DNA from: Macrostomum lignano
Taxonomy: Eukaryota
Assembly (NCBI GenBank): GCA_002269645.1
Contig: NIVC01001611.1
Coordinates: forward strand, 196,026 to 260,025
Length of the DNA stretch: 64,000 nt
Direction of reading: 5' to 3'
How positions within the stretch are numbered: position 1 is the stretch's first letter; every line of letters begins with the position of its first letter. Positions 21,758 to 50,754 of the stretch are shown here, piece after piece. The translations under genes and the position numbers were made by a program. The notes below the pieces were generated by a model. The model saw only the letters and a list, made by a program, of their open reading frames with translations. It had not been told where the DNA came from and made no database searches.

Positions 21758-23434
21758 TTTAATTAGCTAATTCAATTAACGAAGGTCCAGCTATAAAGCC
21801 AGAACCAACAAACTCGATATTTTGATTAAATTGCAAGACTTAAAAAAGATTGAATAACAAATCAAACAGTACTTTTTCAAGTGTCAATATGTACTGTCGA
21901 GGTGAAAGAATTATACTTATAAATAAATATAAATATAGCCTATTTTGATATAACTGGTTTTAGAAAACGTTCATACTTACACTTAATAAGCATATGTATT
22001 GATTAAGGTGATAACTGTGTCCAAATAATATAAGTAAGTACAAAAGGAGCACATGTACTTTAAATATCTATTTTAGATTTAAGTACTACTACTACAGATA
22101 TTATATAGTGCAATATATTAATATATAACACCATTTGCTATATTTCCCACTTTGAGTATATCCATAAATATAGAAGTGTACTATAAAAAAGGTGCCATAT
22201 AAAAGTGGATTAGAGCCAATCGTTTACTTGTGCAAATAAATAAGTATATATAAGTAATATAGCATCAATTGGTGCAATTGGCACTGCACAGACATAAAAA
22301 CAATAACCAATAGAAATAATTATTAATTAACAAATCTTTTACAAGTCAAAATTTTGATGGAATGTTATAATAAATTAATAAATAACTATTATGTGCTATC
22401 TTCAATATTAGAAAACACATCTAATCTGACTACTAACAATCGGTTATCAACGAGTAGTATGGAAAGAAAACTTACACGTCAAACAGTTATAAATTTATTA
22501 TATTAGTAATATAATATTAGTATTAGAATTACCGAATAATAGTTTTTATTCACTAGAGTGTGCGAAAAACACAAAAAGTGAACACACAGACTACTATTAG
22601 TAGATTTCTAAAGGCGCAAATTTAAACTTAAGAATAATTAAATAAAGCAATAGCAAGTGGCAAATAAAACAAAAAGCGGCTACCAAGAAACAGAACTGAT
22701 GAGAAATGAAATAAGAATAAAACAAACCATAAAGCCGGCTTCATCTTGGAATGCTTTTAGAAGCAATGCCGATTTTCTTCTTCAACACTACATTCGCGCG
22801 CATATTAATAAAACTTGTTTCCGAATATTAAAATTAAAAAATTAACAAAGCATTTGTGCTGGATATCTTAACTGGCTACTGTGGAGAGTAGCCAGTGGCA
22901 AATATAACGTGAGTAAGTTGTGCTAAATATGAAAAAGATATTTGCTTTAGAAAAAAAGCTTGGAATAAAGCGTGCAATGTGCGAAAAAAATAAAGAAATT
23001 ACTACTGACAACTCTATAGTTGGTAGGTTGAAAAGAAAAAAATGTAATAAATGGTTATTATTTTAAGACATTTAAGCCAAAAAGGCCTATTAAAAACAGA
23101 AATATTGTGTAAATAAAATTTAAGAACCAATGTCCTTATCACACGCAAAAGAACAAAAGTGGGGAAAAGTGGAAAATCAAATATCCAATTACTTAGTTCG
23201 TGTTTTGTGCCTATTGGTCCTAAACATTATCCAGCTAATAGAATGCTTCTAGAAACTCGTAGATTTTCTTTCCTTACATTTTTGAGAAACTAGCGTAGAA
23301 ATATCCAAAACACTCCACTAATACTACTTTAGGGAACAAGTAGCAAAATATGCTTATATATTTTTCTAAACCATAAAAAACTCAGAACAAGTTCATATAT
23401 CCTACAGCCAGAAACGGTGCAATAAGTAGTATTT

Positions 23435-39989
<16,555 letters not shown>

Positions 39990-40555
39990 GGCTGACTTGC
40001 TGAGTCCAAGATAGTGGTTTTTGAGCAAATTACAGCGACTCAAGAAGCCTCTTAGGGCTGGAAATTGAATAAAAGATAAATAAAGTTTTTAATATTATAC
40101 CAAACTACCAATAATATACTCATTAATACTTGACATAAGATCTTGGTCCTTTTCCTGGTAGTAAAATAGAACTTTATTAAAAGTGCTAAATTTTAATATG
40201 AAGCTTATATGTCAAAAAAAATTCATGGCATAAAAATGACCACATTAGCTAATGAAATGACTTTATAAATACTTGAAGACTAAACAAAAGGTAACAAAAA
40301 AATAACAATTAAAAATCATTTGATAAAATAGTAGATAATGAATGAGATCTATTTAGTCACTTCAACTAGCAAAGCATTTTATTAATTTAAATAAACAATA
40401 TTGCTATGCACTAGCCCTACTTTTATATAAGCCTAAATTAAATTTAAATTAAAATAAAAAAGCTTGATAAAACATTGCAACTTATGAGTCAACATGATAT
40501 ATATATATAGGCCCTACAAATAAACTATACTTTTTGTCATGACTGGAGCTATTTC

Positions 40556-40757
40556 CAGGCACCGCAGAACAAGTTTTTGCCAGGGGGGGGGGGCAGGACC
40601 AAGTTTCCGAAACTCAAGCCCAGACCCTGTCTTGGACAGTGACCAAAAATTTTAGCAAAATTATGCTGTTGAATGGTAGTTGAGGGGGGCAATGCCCCCC
40701 CAACTCAATGTCAGGGGGCAGCTGCCCCCTTTGCCCCCCCCTGTTCTGTGGTGCCTG
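40556..40757. mobile_element. hAT-type MITE
   Basis: TIR CAGGCACCGCAGAACAAG / reverse complement CAGGCACCACAGAACAGG (16 of 18 match); 8-bp TSD GCTATTTC / GCTATTCC. Confidence 0.7.
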
Positions 40758-40879
40758 GCTATTCCCTTTTATTTATTTTAAGGGCCTAGGTAGCTATAAT
40801 ATATTACTATCATAGATTCATTTCTAATCTTTCTTTTTTGGAATCTATATACAAACTAAATATTTATTTATTTATTTTA

Positions 40880-41282
40880 GCTGCCCAATTGCCAGAGGGC
40901 TCGGCTATGGCAGGCAGTGGTCAAAACCATCCTGCTATACAATGCTAAGATGTGGATGCTGATGGCTACGCTAGAGCGGCAGCTGGACTCGGTGCACACA
41001 GGGTTGCTCCATGCCCAAGGCCCAAGGCCCTGTACAATTGGGCCAAGCTGCAGCGCCTGTCCACTATCCTGCGCCGGCGGCGACTTCAACCGGTGGGCCA
41101 CCTGATCCAGGCCAAGGGCTACTGCCCCCAACCTGTTCAGGATGTCCTGCTGCTTACCTTGTGGGGTCTGTTTAGGCGAGGTCAGGCCCGAACCCGTCGA
41201 TATGTGGACTGCCTGCTGTGTGATGCTGGGGCACCCAACACTGCCAATGGAGCTGACTTTGTTCACTTCCAGGCTCTGCTGC
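40880..41282 (+). mobile_element. 5'-truncated RTE-type non-LTR retrotransposon fragment (post-RT C-terminal region), frameshifted
   Basis: VKTILLYNAKMW.L...LERQLDS.HT.LL and KALYN.AKLQRLSTILRRRRLQ.VGHLI...YCPQPVQDVLLL...FRRGQARTRRYVDCLL resemble the C-terminal RT region of RTE-clade LINEs. Confidence 0.75.
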
Positions 41283-41467
41283 ACAGTGGTGGATCCTGGG
41301 GGGGGGGGGGGGGGGCATGGCCCCCTTTAGCTGCCTCGAAAAAATTCTGCTCTTGGCATTTGGCCCCCTTCTAAGTAAAGAAAGGGCTTGGGCCTTGGGG
41401 TGGGTTCCTACTCGGGGCAGAATGAAAAAAGTTGCCCCCCTCTCAAGAAATTCCTGGATCCATGCCT
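41283..41467. mobile_element. GC-rich MITE inserted at the end of the RTE ORF
   Basis: Ends AGTGGTGGATCC...GGATCCATGCCT are degenerate inverted repeats. The flanks rejoin as continuous RTE-like sequence (CTGCTGCAC|TGCCGCGCG). Confidence 0.5.
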
Positions 41468-42518
41468 ACTGCCGCGCGCCATCTGATATGCCCTGCTTTA
41501 ACTGTGACTATGCATGTAGGGTTGCATATTTTGTTGTTGTTATTTTAGTTTATTGTTAAACAGTTGCTAGTTATTTAGTCATTGTTTAAAGTAAAACAAA
41601 CAAACAAAATAAAACAAATTGTGCTTTATATTCTACTATTTAATTTAATCTTATATTATTACCATTTTATATAGTAGCCCTAGGCTTGTTGCCTTATCTT
41701 AGTAGCTAGTCTTTAGGTTGGAATAAAATGGTTTCTTACCAAGTTAAATGATGTTTTCCTTGCTATCTATAGCTACATATGCTGCAGCTTAATTAGCAAT
41801 ATTGGTCAAAGTTCCCACACTTTTTTTATCTTTAAAATGACATCCAGATGAACATTGTAAATTAAATATTAAAAGAGATATGACCAAAAATACAAAAAAG
41901 TGAAATTCATTTATGGCAATCAAAAGGCACCAACCTATAGTATATTTTTCCTATCTGAAAAACACCATTTTTTAACACAAAAAAATGTTATATAACTTTT
42001 TATTCTTTGATCAAATTAGACAAATAAGACCATTTTAGAATGGTATTACTAGGCCTACTCCTCTATCAAATGTATCTATCAAAAATATAAAACAAATTTC
42101 AAAACCTCATTGGAGTCTTTACCAAAAGTTACTTTTTTAAAATGGCACTCTGGTTGTTTTTTTAGAATGCTAGACTTTGGTAATCCAGTTTCTTTTAAAT
42201 TAATCCAATATTATCAATGTTCAAATATGAAAATTTAAGTGCCAAACTAGCAATTTAGCATTAAACTTAGAGATTTAGTGTATTTAGATATACCCCAAAA
42301 ATGCAATTTTTTAAACAATTTTATAATGATAAAAAAGATAATAGTCAATAGATCATGTTTTTTTAAGTTAGAATGAAAGCACACTTTTATGGTATCTATT
42401 AGGCCTGTCTTGATCATGAATGAATGGATTATTGGTAATTTTGGCATCCATTTAAACAAGTTAATAGAATTACAGCTCTAGTGAAATACAAAAGATTAAT
42501 TAGGCAATATCATATCAA

Positions 42519-42698
42519 TGGCACAACTAGGAGGGAGGGTGGGGAGGCAATCACTTCCCTCCCCCTTAGTTAGAGACCAAAAAAATAAAAGGGAGGACCA
42601 AGCAAATTTTTGCCAAGAACAGAGCCACCCCATAACCCCTTCTCCTAGGTCTTTACTCTCAAGAAACCACCCCCTTCAAAAAAATTCTAGTTGCACTA
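42519..42698. mobile_element. Degenerate GC-rich MITE-like element
   Basis: GCACAACTAG ... CTAGTTGCAC-like inverted ends around G/C-run-rich sequence in an AT-rich background. Confidence 0.3.
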
Positions 42699-44124
42699 CT
42701 AAGCAATATCTTAGGCTTTGATACACTGTAAACTAAACTTTTGGCCTCAAAATGGTATGCAAATAAATTTTCTATGAGTATTGACAAATATTCTCCATTT
42801 GTTCTTCTTTGTTTTTTTTGCTAATAAATTTTGTTCAACCCAACTAATACAGAAATAGAACACATTTAAAACAATCAACATCCTTGTTTAAAAAGCTTAA
42901 AGTCTTATCTTATAAATACTGTATAATGTTAACTATTAAATATTTAATTATTGTTATTTAATTCCTGAAATTATGATAGTTAAGATTAAATAAGTTTGAT
43001 TACAAAAGTTTTGAGAGTAACCCATAGCATTTGCCATTAGTCAAGACGAGACAACAAAGAGAAAACATTAAAAATCAATACAATTTACAATATTTAGTGT
43101 GAATATAGTTATTGTTAAAATGAGTTTTGATATATTATATTTTAATTTGCTGAAGATGGTTCAGAAAAAGCTCTTCTTTCTTCATTGTTCAGTGGACCTA
43201 CTTACGTACTTCGAAGAAATGGTCTGATTCCCACGAAGTTTCCAGCAGTTAAATTTTTTACGCAACTCAATTTAACAAACTTTGTACTAAATAGATAGTT
43301 TTGTTTTTAAGCCCGACCTTTTATTGTAAAATATGTAAACAAGAAATGCAAAAAATTTTGCGATGCAGTCACTGTTTTGATGTTTTGATGTTCGATGTTT
43401 TGATGTTTGATGTTTTGAGTTGGACATGGTTCTGGCCTCTGGGGTTATTTCTAGCTACATCAACTTGCACTGTAGAGGAATTTGACGGTCGTTCGCACAT
43501 TTTATGCAGAACAATACATTACTACAAACAATGCATTGTTGTAGGATCCTCAAAAACAGACAAAAACTGCAATAAGAATCAGCGGTCACGAGCACTGGGA
43601 CGCAAATTATTTATCCATTGTGTGTTTGATCGAATTTCTGCCTCGAGGTGATATTTTTCAGATCTTTTTAAGCCTAGTGGCCATACATTCCTTTATATGA
43701 TTTCACTGCGCTTTCATGTACAATCATTATTACCTAAAACTTCTTACGCAGTACATTATGCAAGCGTAGAATGGTCGCACCCTTAACCTTGAAATACAAT
43801 ACAAATACATGTTTACCCACATTTACATATCTTAGGTGATATGTTTTCATTGTTACATGTACACATTATTATATTCGTCTCTGAAATATTCATGCATTGC
43901 ATGCACAGTACGAAAACATAAATCAGGATAATTAGTAATAATTATAATTTTGGAGTAAATCATTTACTTATCTCAGCTTTGAGAGTCAGCAGGTTTTTTA
44001 ATTACTCATATCGTCTGCGAATTCTGTTTTCATCTCTGCTGCTTGAGTCCGTAAAAAACCCTCAAATATATATACGTAAAATGCTTACTTAAACATTTAC
44101 CAATTCTACGTATTAAAACAGTAA

Positions 44125-44278
44125 ATAATATTGAACCCAATTTTTATGCAGAAAGGGTTATGCTTTTAAAAAATGAAAAAACCGATTGAATTTACTGGCA
44201 CGCAAATGAAATTTAGGAAAAATTTTATTTTTTTTAAAAGCATAACCCTTTCTGCATAAAAATTGGGTTCAATATTAT
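44125..44278. mobile_element. Small foldback element / MITE
   Basis: About 49-bp perfect inverted arms (ATAATATTGAACCCAATTTTTATGCAGAAAGGGTTATGCTTTTAAAAAA and its reverse complement) around a ~55-bp spacer. Confidence 0.7.
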
Positions 44279-46712
44279 AGTTGAATAAACTAAACAGCTT
44301 GTCGAATAAAATATGTATGTAACTCGTAGTCACCTGGTGTAATCTGTTGAAGGAGCCGACGGCGTCAGGATGATGACGGAATGCTTGAGAGACTAGCTGA
44401 GAATGTCTGACGGTCGATTCTTGCCCACTGTCGAGGCTTGATCGGCGAAACTAGAGAAATCCGCATCAGGGTGTCCATAGTCACCTGGTGCCACAGCTGT
44501 TGAGGGTCCAGAAGCTCCACTTGGGTGAAGGCTAGTGACCAACGAAGTCAGAACTGATGCAGACACATGTGGTCGACGTGCTGATGAAATTTGGAAACTT
44601 GGCAAGGCTGCACTGAGGCGCAGTGCTGCTGATAGGCGCACAGGGGTGTACTGAATACACTGGCGCTTATGGAAAAATTCCGACCTTCTGGCAGAATCTT
44701 CGAATATCTCGACGGTCCGGAGGGCTGGCGACTTGATTCTTGTTTGAGAAGGTGCGCAACAAAAAGTTAGCCCGTGTTCTTGAATTTCGTGTGCCTGCGT
44801 TGCTCCGTTCCGGCGCAGCAAAAAATTGTCGGGGGGGGGGGGGGGGGGAATTTCACCCCTCTTGGTAGTTCAACGGGCGGAAAATGGCTTGGCATTCCTA
44901 CTGTTAATCACGTTTATTTGCCTTGCAGAAAATATGCGTAAAAATGTAACAAAATTTTCCCTCAAAAAACGTCTAAGCTAGCAAGCATCGTGGATACTCC
45001 TGAAGGTTGATATTGTTATGGTTGTATGTCTGCTTAAACACGTACGTGTAGTCTTAAAATCCTAAAGTGAAACACACGCGTAGAATATTTACGTAACAAA
45101 ATTCATAATTTTTTACGAATAAAAAAGGTAAAACATTTTGTGCGTCATTTACGAATTTAGTTTCTGAATATTTTTCCATCTTAAATACTTAAGTATATAT
45201 TGAATATTTGGTCCACTAATGTGCCCTCTGTTCAAAGAAAATTTTAGGCATAAATTAATGTAGAAAATAGTTATTTGTGAAAAAATTTCCTAACTTTTTC
45301 GAATTCTTTCGTAAAGAAACTGCCTAAGAGTGACGTAAAAAAATCCCAAAAACTTACGAACTTCCGAAGCATCATTGATGCATCAGTTCGAAATCCATGT
45401 ACTTTTGATGGGTTTCGACCTTTCAGCCCCCTTGTGGGGAAGCCTTCGGGCCTCAGGTCTCAGAAATTAATCAATTAGAGTCCTGGCCCCCCACTCCTGT
45501 CAGATGGTCAGCCCCATGGTAGCTTGATCGTGTGGCGAGCAGCCTAGGTCCTATAGCTAAGAGAGGGACAGCGAGAGACAAGCAGGGAGAATTTTGAAGG
45601 TAGAGATCAGCTAATCCGCAGATTAACTAACCCGCTGCCACCAGCCCGTGCGTCCTGGCTCACCACACCGGAACTTTCGAAATCGGGCTTCCGACTAGAG
45701 GGCACTATGAGCACTAGACTAGAGCACTAGAGCTTTTCCGATTAGAGCACTTACCTGCCAACTAGTGTCTTTTTGCTGTCAATCTCAAAGTCATAGCCGA
45801 TGATAAGGGACACTGCTGGGACTAGATCGCATTGGCCATGCAGGTACAGAGGGGACTTGTGCAGGGGATTCTTGCAGTGGCGAGACTATGGGGTAGTTAC
45901 ATGTACTATTACATTGCTAAATACGAAGAATTGTACTTTTGGCCTTCAACGCGCCAACTAGCCTCTCATAGCGCTGATGATAGACTAAATCTAACCTCAG
46001 AGACCGCATGATTCATTACCGGAGCCGCTTGGCAAACCTAGAGTGCACAAAGTACACCTCTGGCGCCGATTCTGCACTACTGGCAGTTTCGCTAACTGAT
46101 TCGATAGATTGATCGACTGAGAACTGCCTTGCCATTGGTCCACTATGACCGGCGCCTACTAGCTTAGCCACTCATCTGAGCCATCGGCGAACAAAGAAAT
46201 AAAACCGATAAAAATAACTGTCAGATTTAACCTTCTCCTTGAATCACTTCACACCTCAGATTAAATTGGAGCTTCAGACTACTAGCAGTATTATTGAATG
46301 ATTTCTGCCTCAGTAGCAGCACTACTGAACAAAATGAGCAAAAGTGTGCGCCTAATCCAGCCACTGAAACAGGGGACAGATAGGGAATCACCCAATCAAG
46401 CAAGTCTAGGTAGCCTCTCGCCCAACCAATCAGAAACTCAACAGCCTGAGACCAGGTAATCCACAGTTGACCGAATCGGCTTAGTGCTTCGCAGCTGTAG
46501 ACCCGGCATGATGCTGATGTCACAACCTTCGCAGATAGCTAGCAGGTGATGCTCTTAACTTTGTTCACTGCTGATGACCGGCGGAATTTGTCCTTGATGA
46601 TGATGGGGGGAGTCGCAATCCGGGGATCAAGAAACGACGGTCGGGCCAGGGAGAGAGCAAGTTCCTGGCCGGTCTCCAGAAAGGGTTAGTCCGAGCGGGC
46701 CAAAAACACCGG

Positions 46713-46850
46713 TTTAAATAGCCGCCAACTGGACCGCAGTTTGTTATAATGGAACACGTCGATTCTGATTGGCTGAGCCGATTTGTTAAAATTGAGCGTC
46801 GAATTTTCTGATTGGCTGAGCTTGTTGCCACCAAAAGTCACGTGTCTGGG
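46713..46850 (-). promoter_or_regulatory. Putative leftward Pol II promoter: tandem CCAAT boxes plus TATA-like box
   Basis: 16-bp direct repeat TTCTGATTGGCTGAGC at 46763 and 46806 (CCAAT on the minus strand), TATTTAAA on the minus strand at 46720-46713, and a CACGTG E-box near 46840. Confidence 0.4.
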
Positions 46851-47978
46851 AGATCCTATCAGTTCCCTCGGGGTCGTAAAAACATGACAGGTGCGGCCAT
46901 AAATCAATCAAAATCGCAACAAAATGATTTATGACCTTTCGTGTAGAATTACAAAAATTAATGAGAAAATATACATTAGAAAGCTCTTATCAAGTAGAAA
47001 GTGAAGGTAATGAAGAGAAATCGCTAATCGCTAATCCCAACGTACTTTTAGGGGTAAAACGCATAGCTGTCAAAGCTGTCACACGCTTGAGTGAACACGA
47101 ACAATAGGCCCTGACCTCATAAATCTTGATGGCCTGTCAAAATGATGAGAAAAAAGCTATCATTCGCATCCTCTCAGACCATCTGGCGCCAGCCCCAGCA
47201 CTGAGTGAGGCGCGGGTGGCTGTCAGACCAGCTCAGACGCAATGATTTATGACCCAAAAGCAGCAAAAAGCCGCGCCTATGTTATTATAACTACAAGTAT
47301 GGAAGATTAACATAGCTACAGAAGTCCTACTAGTACGCTCGTATGAATTCTAGAAAAATTACAAAAGAGGGAGAAAAACGCCCATAGCCTGCTGTTAGTA
47401 GGCTAGCAAGTTTGGAACCCATGTGCGAGCGTGAAATTTGGAAAAAAGTGCGTCCTCATCACTTTACCATATCCATCTTTGCTTTTGTTAATCTTCTTGA
47501 GTCGGTAAAACCCTCAGTAAAATACGTAAAAAAATTCGAAAAAAGTTGCACCAATTTTTTACGTACGATTTCGTTTATTTGTCAGGCGGGCGAGCGGGCA
47601 CGACACGAGAGAGAGGATAAAAATATCATTACATGTATGTAAAATAATTAAAATAGCTATTCATGCTTGTACGCCAAATGTAATTCCAAAAGTATGTGCA
47701 TGTTGTTAGTGCGACATTTAATTTGAAATAATGAAAATCGACCTCGTGTATATTTTTAATATATAATACATTTAATAACCTATAATATAGATCGCTGCTG
47801 AATCGCTCCTCTTGTACAGGTACCCGTGCAGGATGAAGAACTATCGTGTCTCTACATTGTCCAGGTTAAAAGTAACTATAGATACGGAGTTAAGCGATCA
47901 AAAATCGTTTATTAGCGTTCAGTAGCATTCGCTTCGCTGTCAGAGAGTAGCGAATATGCTAAAAAGAATGTACATTAG

Positions 47979-48302
47979 CTACTCGTAGTCAATTTTCAGG
48001 TCAAGGCGCAGATCTTTGCAGCGCCTGAAATAGGCCGAGTAGCTGGACAGGCCCTGAAACCAGGTCTTTACATCGTCGTTGCATCCCGGATCGCAGATGC
48101 TGGCCTCGGCTCGATTGCATTTGCACTCCTTGCCGCAGATGTTTGTGTAGGTGAAGCTGGAGCCTTTGATTTTGCACAGCAGAACCGGATGGAAACAAGC
48201 CGGAACATTGTCGTCCTCGAGGGAAAGCTGGAAGGATGGCTCCGGCAGGACTGAAAGCAGCAGACCAAAGCACAGAAGCAGCGAGACTGTAGCAGTTTTC
48301 AT
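47979..48302 (-). CDS. Secreted cysteine-rich protein of unknown family, 107 aa, intronless CDS
   Basis: MKTATVSLLLCFGLLLSVLPEPSFQ is a typical signal peptide, followed by 8 Cys in the predicted mature part. Strong C/G third-position bias like the bona fide exons. AATAAA (TTTATT at 47908-47913) lies 66 nt after the stop. Confidence 0.75.
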   Translation of the reverse strand: MKTATVSLLLCFGLLLSVLPEPSFQLSLEDDNVPACFHPVLLCKIKGSSFTYTNICGKECKCNRAEASICDPGCNDDVKTWFQGLSSYSAYFRRCKDLRLDLKIDYE

Positions 48303-49054
48303 TTTGACAGTGCAGTTTTTTGCAGTTTTCCTGTTTTTAGTTAACACCGGCTGCAAAAAATTAACTAGATAGTTTCTGCTAGCTGAAGCCTGCACTGATA
48401 TGTAGGCCTCTAACCAATCCTGCCTGCTGCAGTTATGCAGAGCTTTGAGGATTGGCTAAACATGTAATCAAGGGGTTTTTGCGGTTCGATCGCCATCAGC
48501 TTAGTTCTGGTTTACCAAGCAAATTGTATGGTCAGCATCTTTCTTCACTGCATCAGTCAAGATTTACTATCTATCCAGCTAGCTAAGTCAAGGCCAAGTT
48601 TTTAGCTGCACGCAAAGTAATTATAGACGCGCAGAAGATGGAGAGGAAAGGAGAAACCTGGAACTGCAATTTGTTCTTGTATTCTATCAACACTTGTAGC
48701 AAGCCTAACAGCTTACACTTCTTCACTTCCTGTGTTGGGCGAAGAATCTCGAAATTCTTGCATTTTTTACCGGACTTGCGCTACATGTACAAGATGCATG
48801 TAGAAACTGATGGTGGAAACCAGCAACGGAAGAAGTGAAACAATGAATGCTTTTACAGTACATAAAACGCTTTGTTAAGTTATTATTTTTAAAAATATCA
48901 AATCTTTCAGTAGAGCAACGTTACGAAACTGCGAACTGCTGACGTATTTCATTTGTCTATTTACAAAAAGCTGTTAAATATGCATGTAGAAAGATAAAAA
49001 TTGAATAAAATTTCCAATATCAGCACAACATTACGAGCGTATCGATGTACACGA

Positions 49055-49960
49055 TCTGGCAGATTAGGGCGATTCCCTGTGGCAGATTAGGGCGATTTCC
49101 TGTGGCAGATTAGGGCGATTCCCCGTGGCAGATTAGGGCAATTCCCCGTGGCAGATTAGGGCGATTCCCCGTGGCAGATTAGGGCGATTCCCCGTGGCAG
49201 ATTAGGGCAATTCCCTGCGGCAGATTAGGGCGATTCCCTGTGGCAGATTAGGGCGATTCCCTGTGGAAGATTAGGGCGATTCCCTGTGGCAGATTAGGGC
49301 GATTCCCTGTGGCAGATTAGGGCGATTCCCTGCGGCAGATTAGGGCGATTCCCTGTGGCAGATTAGGGTGATTTCTGTGGCAGATTAGGGCGAATCCCTG
49401 TGGCAGATTAGGGCGATTCCCTGTGGCAGGTTAGGGCGATTTCTATGGCAGATTAGGGCGATTCCCTGCGGCAGATTAGGGCAATTCCCTGTGGCAGATT
49501 AGGGCAATTCCCTGTGGCAGATTAGGGCAATTCCCTGTGGCAGATTAGGGCGATTCCCTGTGGCAGATTAGGGCAATTCCCTGTGGCAGATTAGGGCAAT
49601 TCCCTGTGGCAGATTAGGGCGATTCCCTGTGGCAGGTTAGGGCGATTTCTATGGCAGATTAGGGCGATTCCCTGCGGCAGATTAGGGCAATTCCCTGTGG
49701 CAGATTAGGGCAATTCCCTGTGGCAGATTAGGGCGATTCCCTGCGGCAGATTAGGGCGATTCCCTGCGGCAGATTAGGGCGATTCCCTGTGGCAGATTAG
49801 GGCGATTCCCTGCGGCAGATTAGGGCAATTCCCAGTGGAAGATTAGGGCGATTCCCTGCGGCAGATTAGGGCAATTCCCTGTGGCAGATTAGGGCGATTC
49901 CCTGCGGCAGATTAGGGCAATTCCCAGTGGAAGATTAGGGCGATTCCCTGTGGCAGATTA
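49055..49960. repeat. 23-bp minisatellite containing TTAGGG (GTGGCAGATTAGGGCGATTCCCT)
   Basis: About 39 units. Confidence 0.95.
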
Positions 49961-50754
49961 CGCCTGCAACTTACCGTATTTTACAAACTCGAGTTTAGAA
50001 AAATAAAAGTCCGACACGGGATGGATTGTGGGAAGAAAAAAAGAAAATGCTCGATTAGGGATAGAATTATCAGATTAAAATATAAGTATATGATCAAGGC
50101 ACAAAGTGCATCGAATGAAAACTCAAGATACAAAATAAGCATAAAAGTGATGCATCAGCTATAACTTTTTCTTATAAAAAAATCAGCCGAAATAATTTTG
50201 TTCGAAAGAAAACGCCAACCAAATTACTTACAGTAGCGTAGAATGCCTACTGAATAAGATATTGAATGAAGTGACTCGCTAATAATAAAGTAATTATAAG
50301 GGGAAATGCTGACACAGGAACTGTATAAAACTTACAATAAAATTTAGAAGAGACTCATGTACATAATAAATCAAACAATTTACAGGACTAGATTAAATAG
50401 GTAAACCGGATACGAAAAAAGATCATATGTTATGCTATGATATTGACAGTTTTTAAATAAAATATTCCAAGGAAATGAAACCGCGTTCAGCTGTGTAAAT
50501 AATTGGATACTTTAATCGACACAGGTAACTGAAAACTGTGCAAATTTGAGATTCTTTTATAAATACGAGCTAATTTCAGCTAAAACTTACAATTAATTAT
50601 GAAGCTTATAGCGAATTGAATAAAAGAATTATGAAAACACTCTCGAATGATCTAAAGCAATCATGAAGACTTTCTGGAGTAATTAAAGAAGGCATGGCTA
50701 TTCACTTGTCCATGTACTAAAAATATAATCTAAATGATGTTGGAGTGATGACCA

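Noticed and set aside
44393-44821. 142-aa minus-strand ORF upstream of MYO6
   Set aside because: TTG start, low-complexity Ser/Ala content, no recognisable domain; more likely UTR or TE sequence.
45405-45470. Intact hammerhead ribozyme
   Set aside because: CUGANGA is incomplete and no consistent stem I/III plus NUH site could be drawn; kept only as a low-confidence structured motif.
47142-47204. C/D box snoRNA (ATGATGA ... CTGA)
   Set aside because: No terminal stem, no evident guide, and not clearly intronic; the motifs are expected by chance.
49055-49960. True telomere or telomere-fusion scar
   Set aside because: TTAGGG is only 6 of 23 bp per unit, never tandem, and no inverted junction is present.
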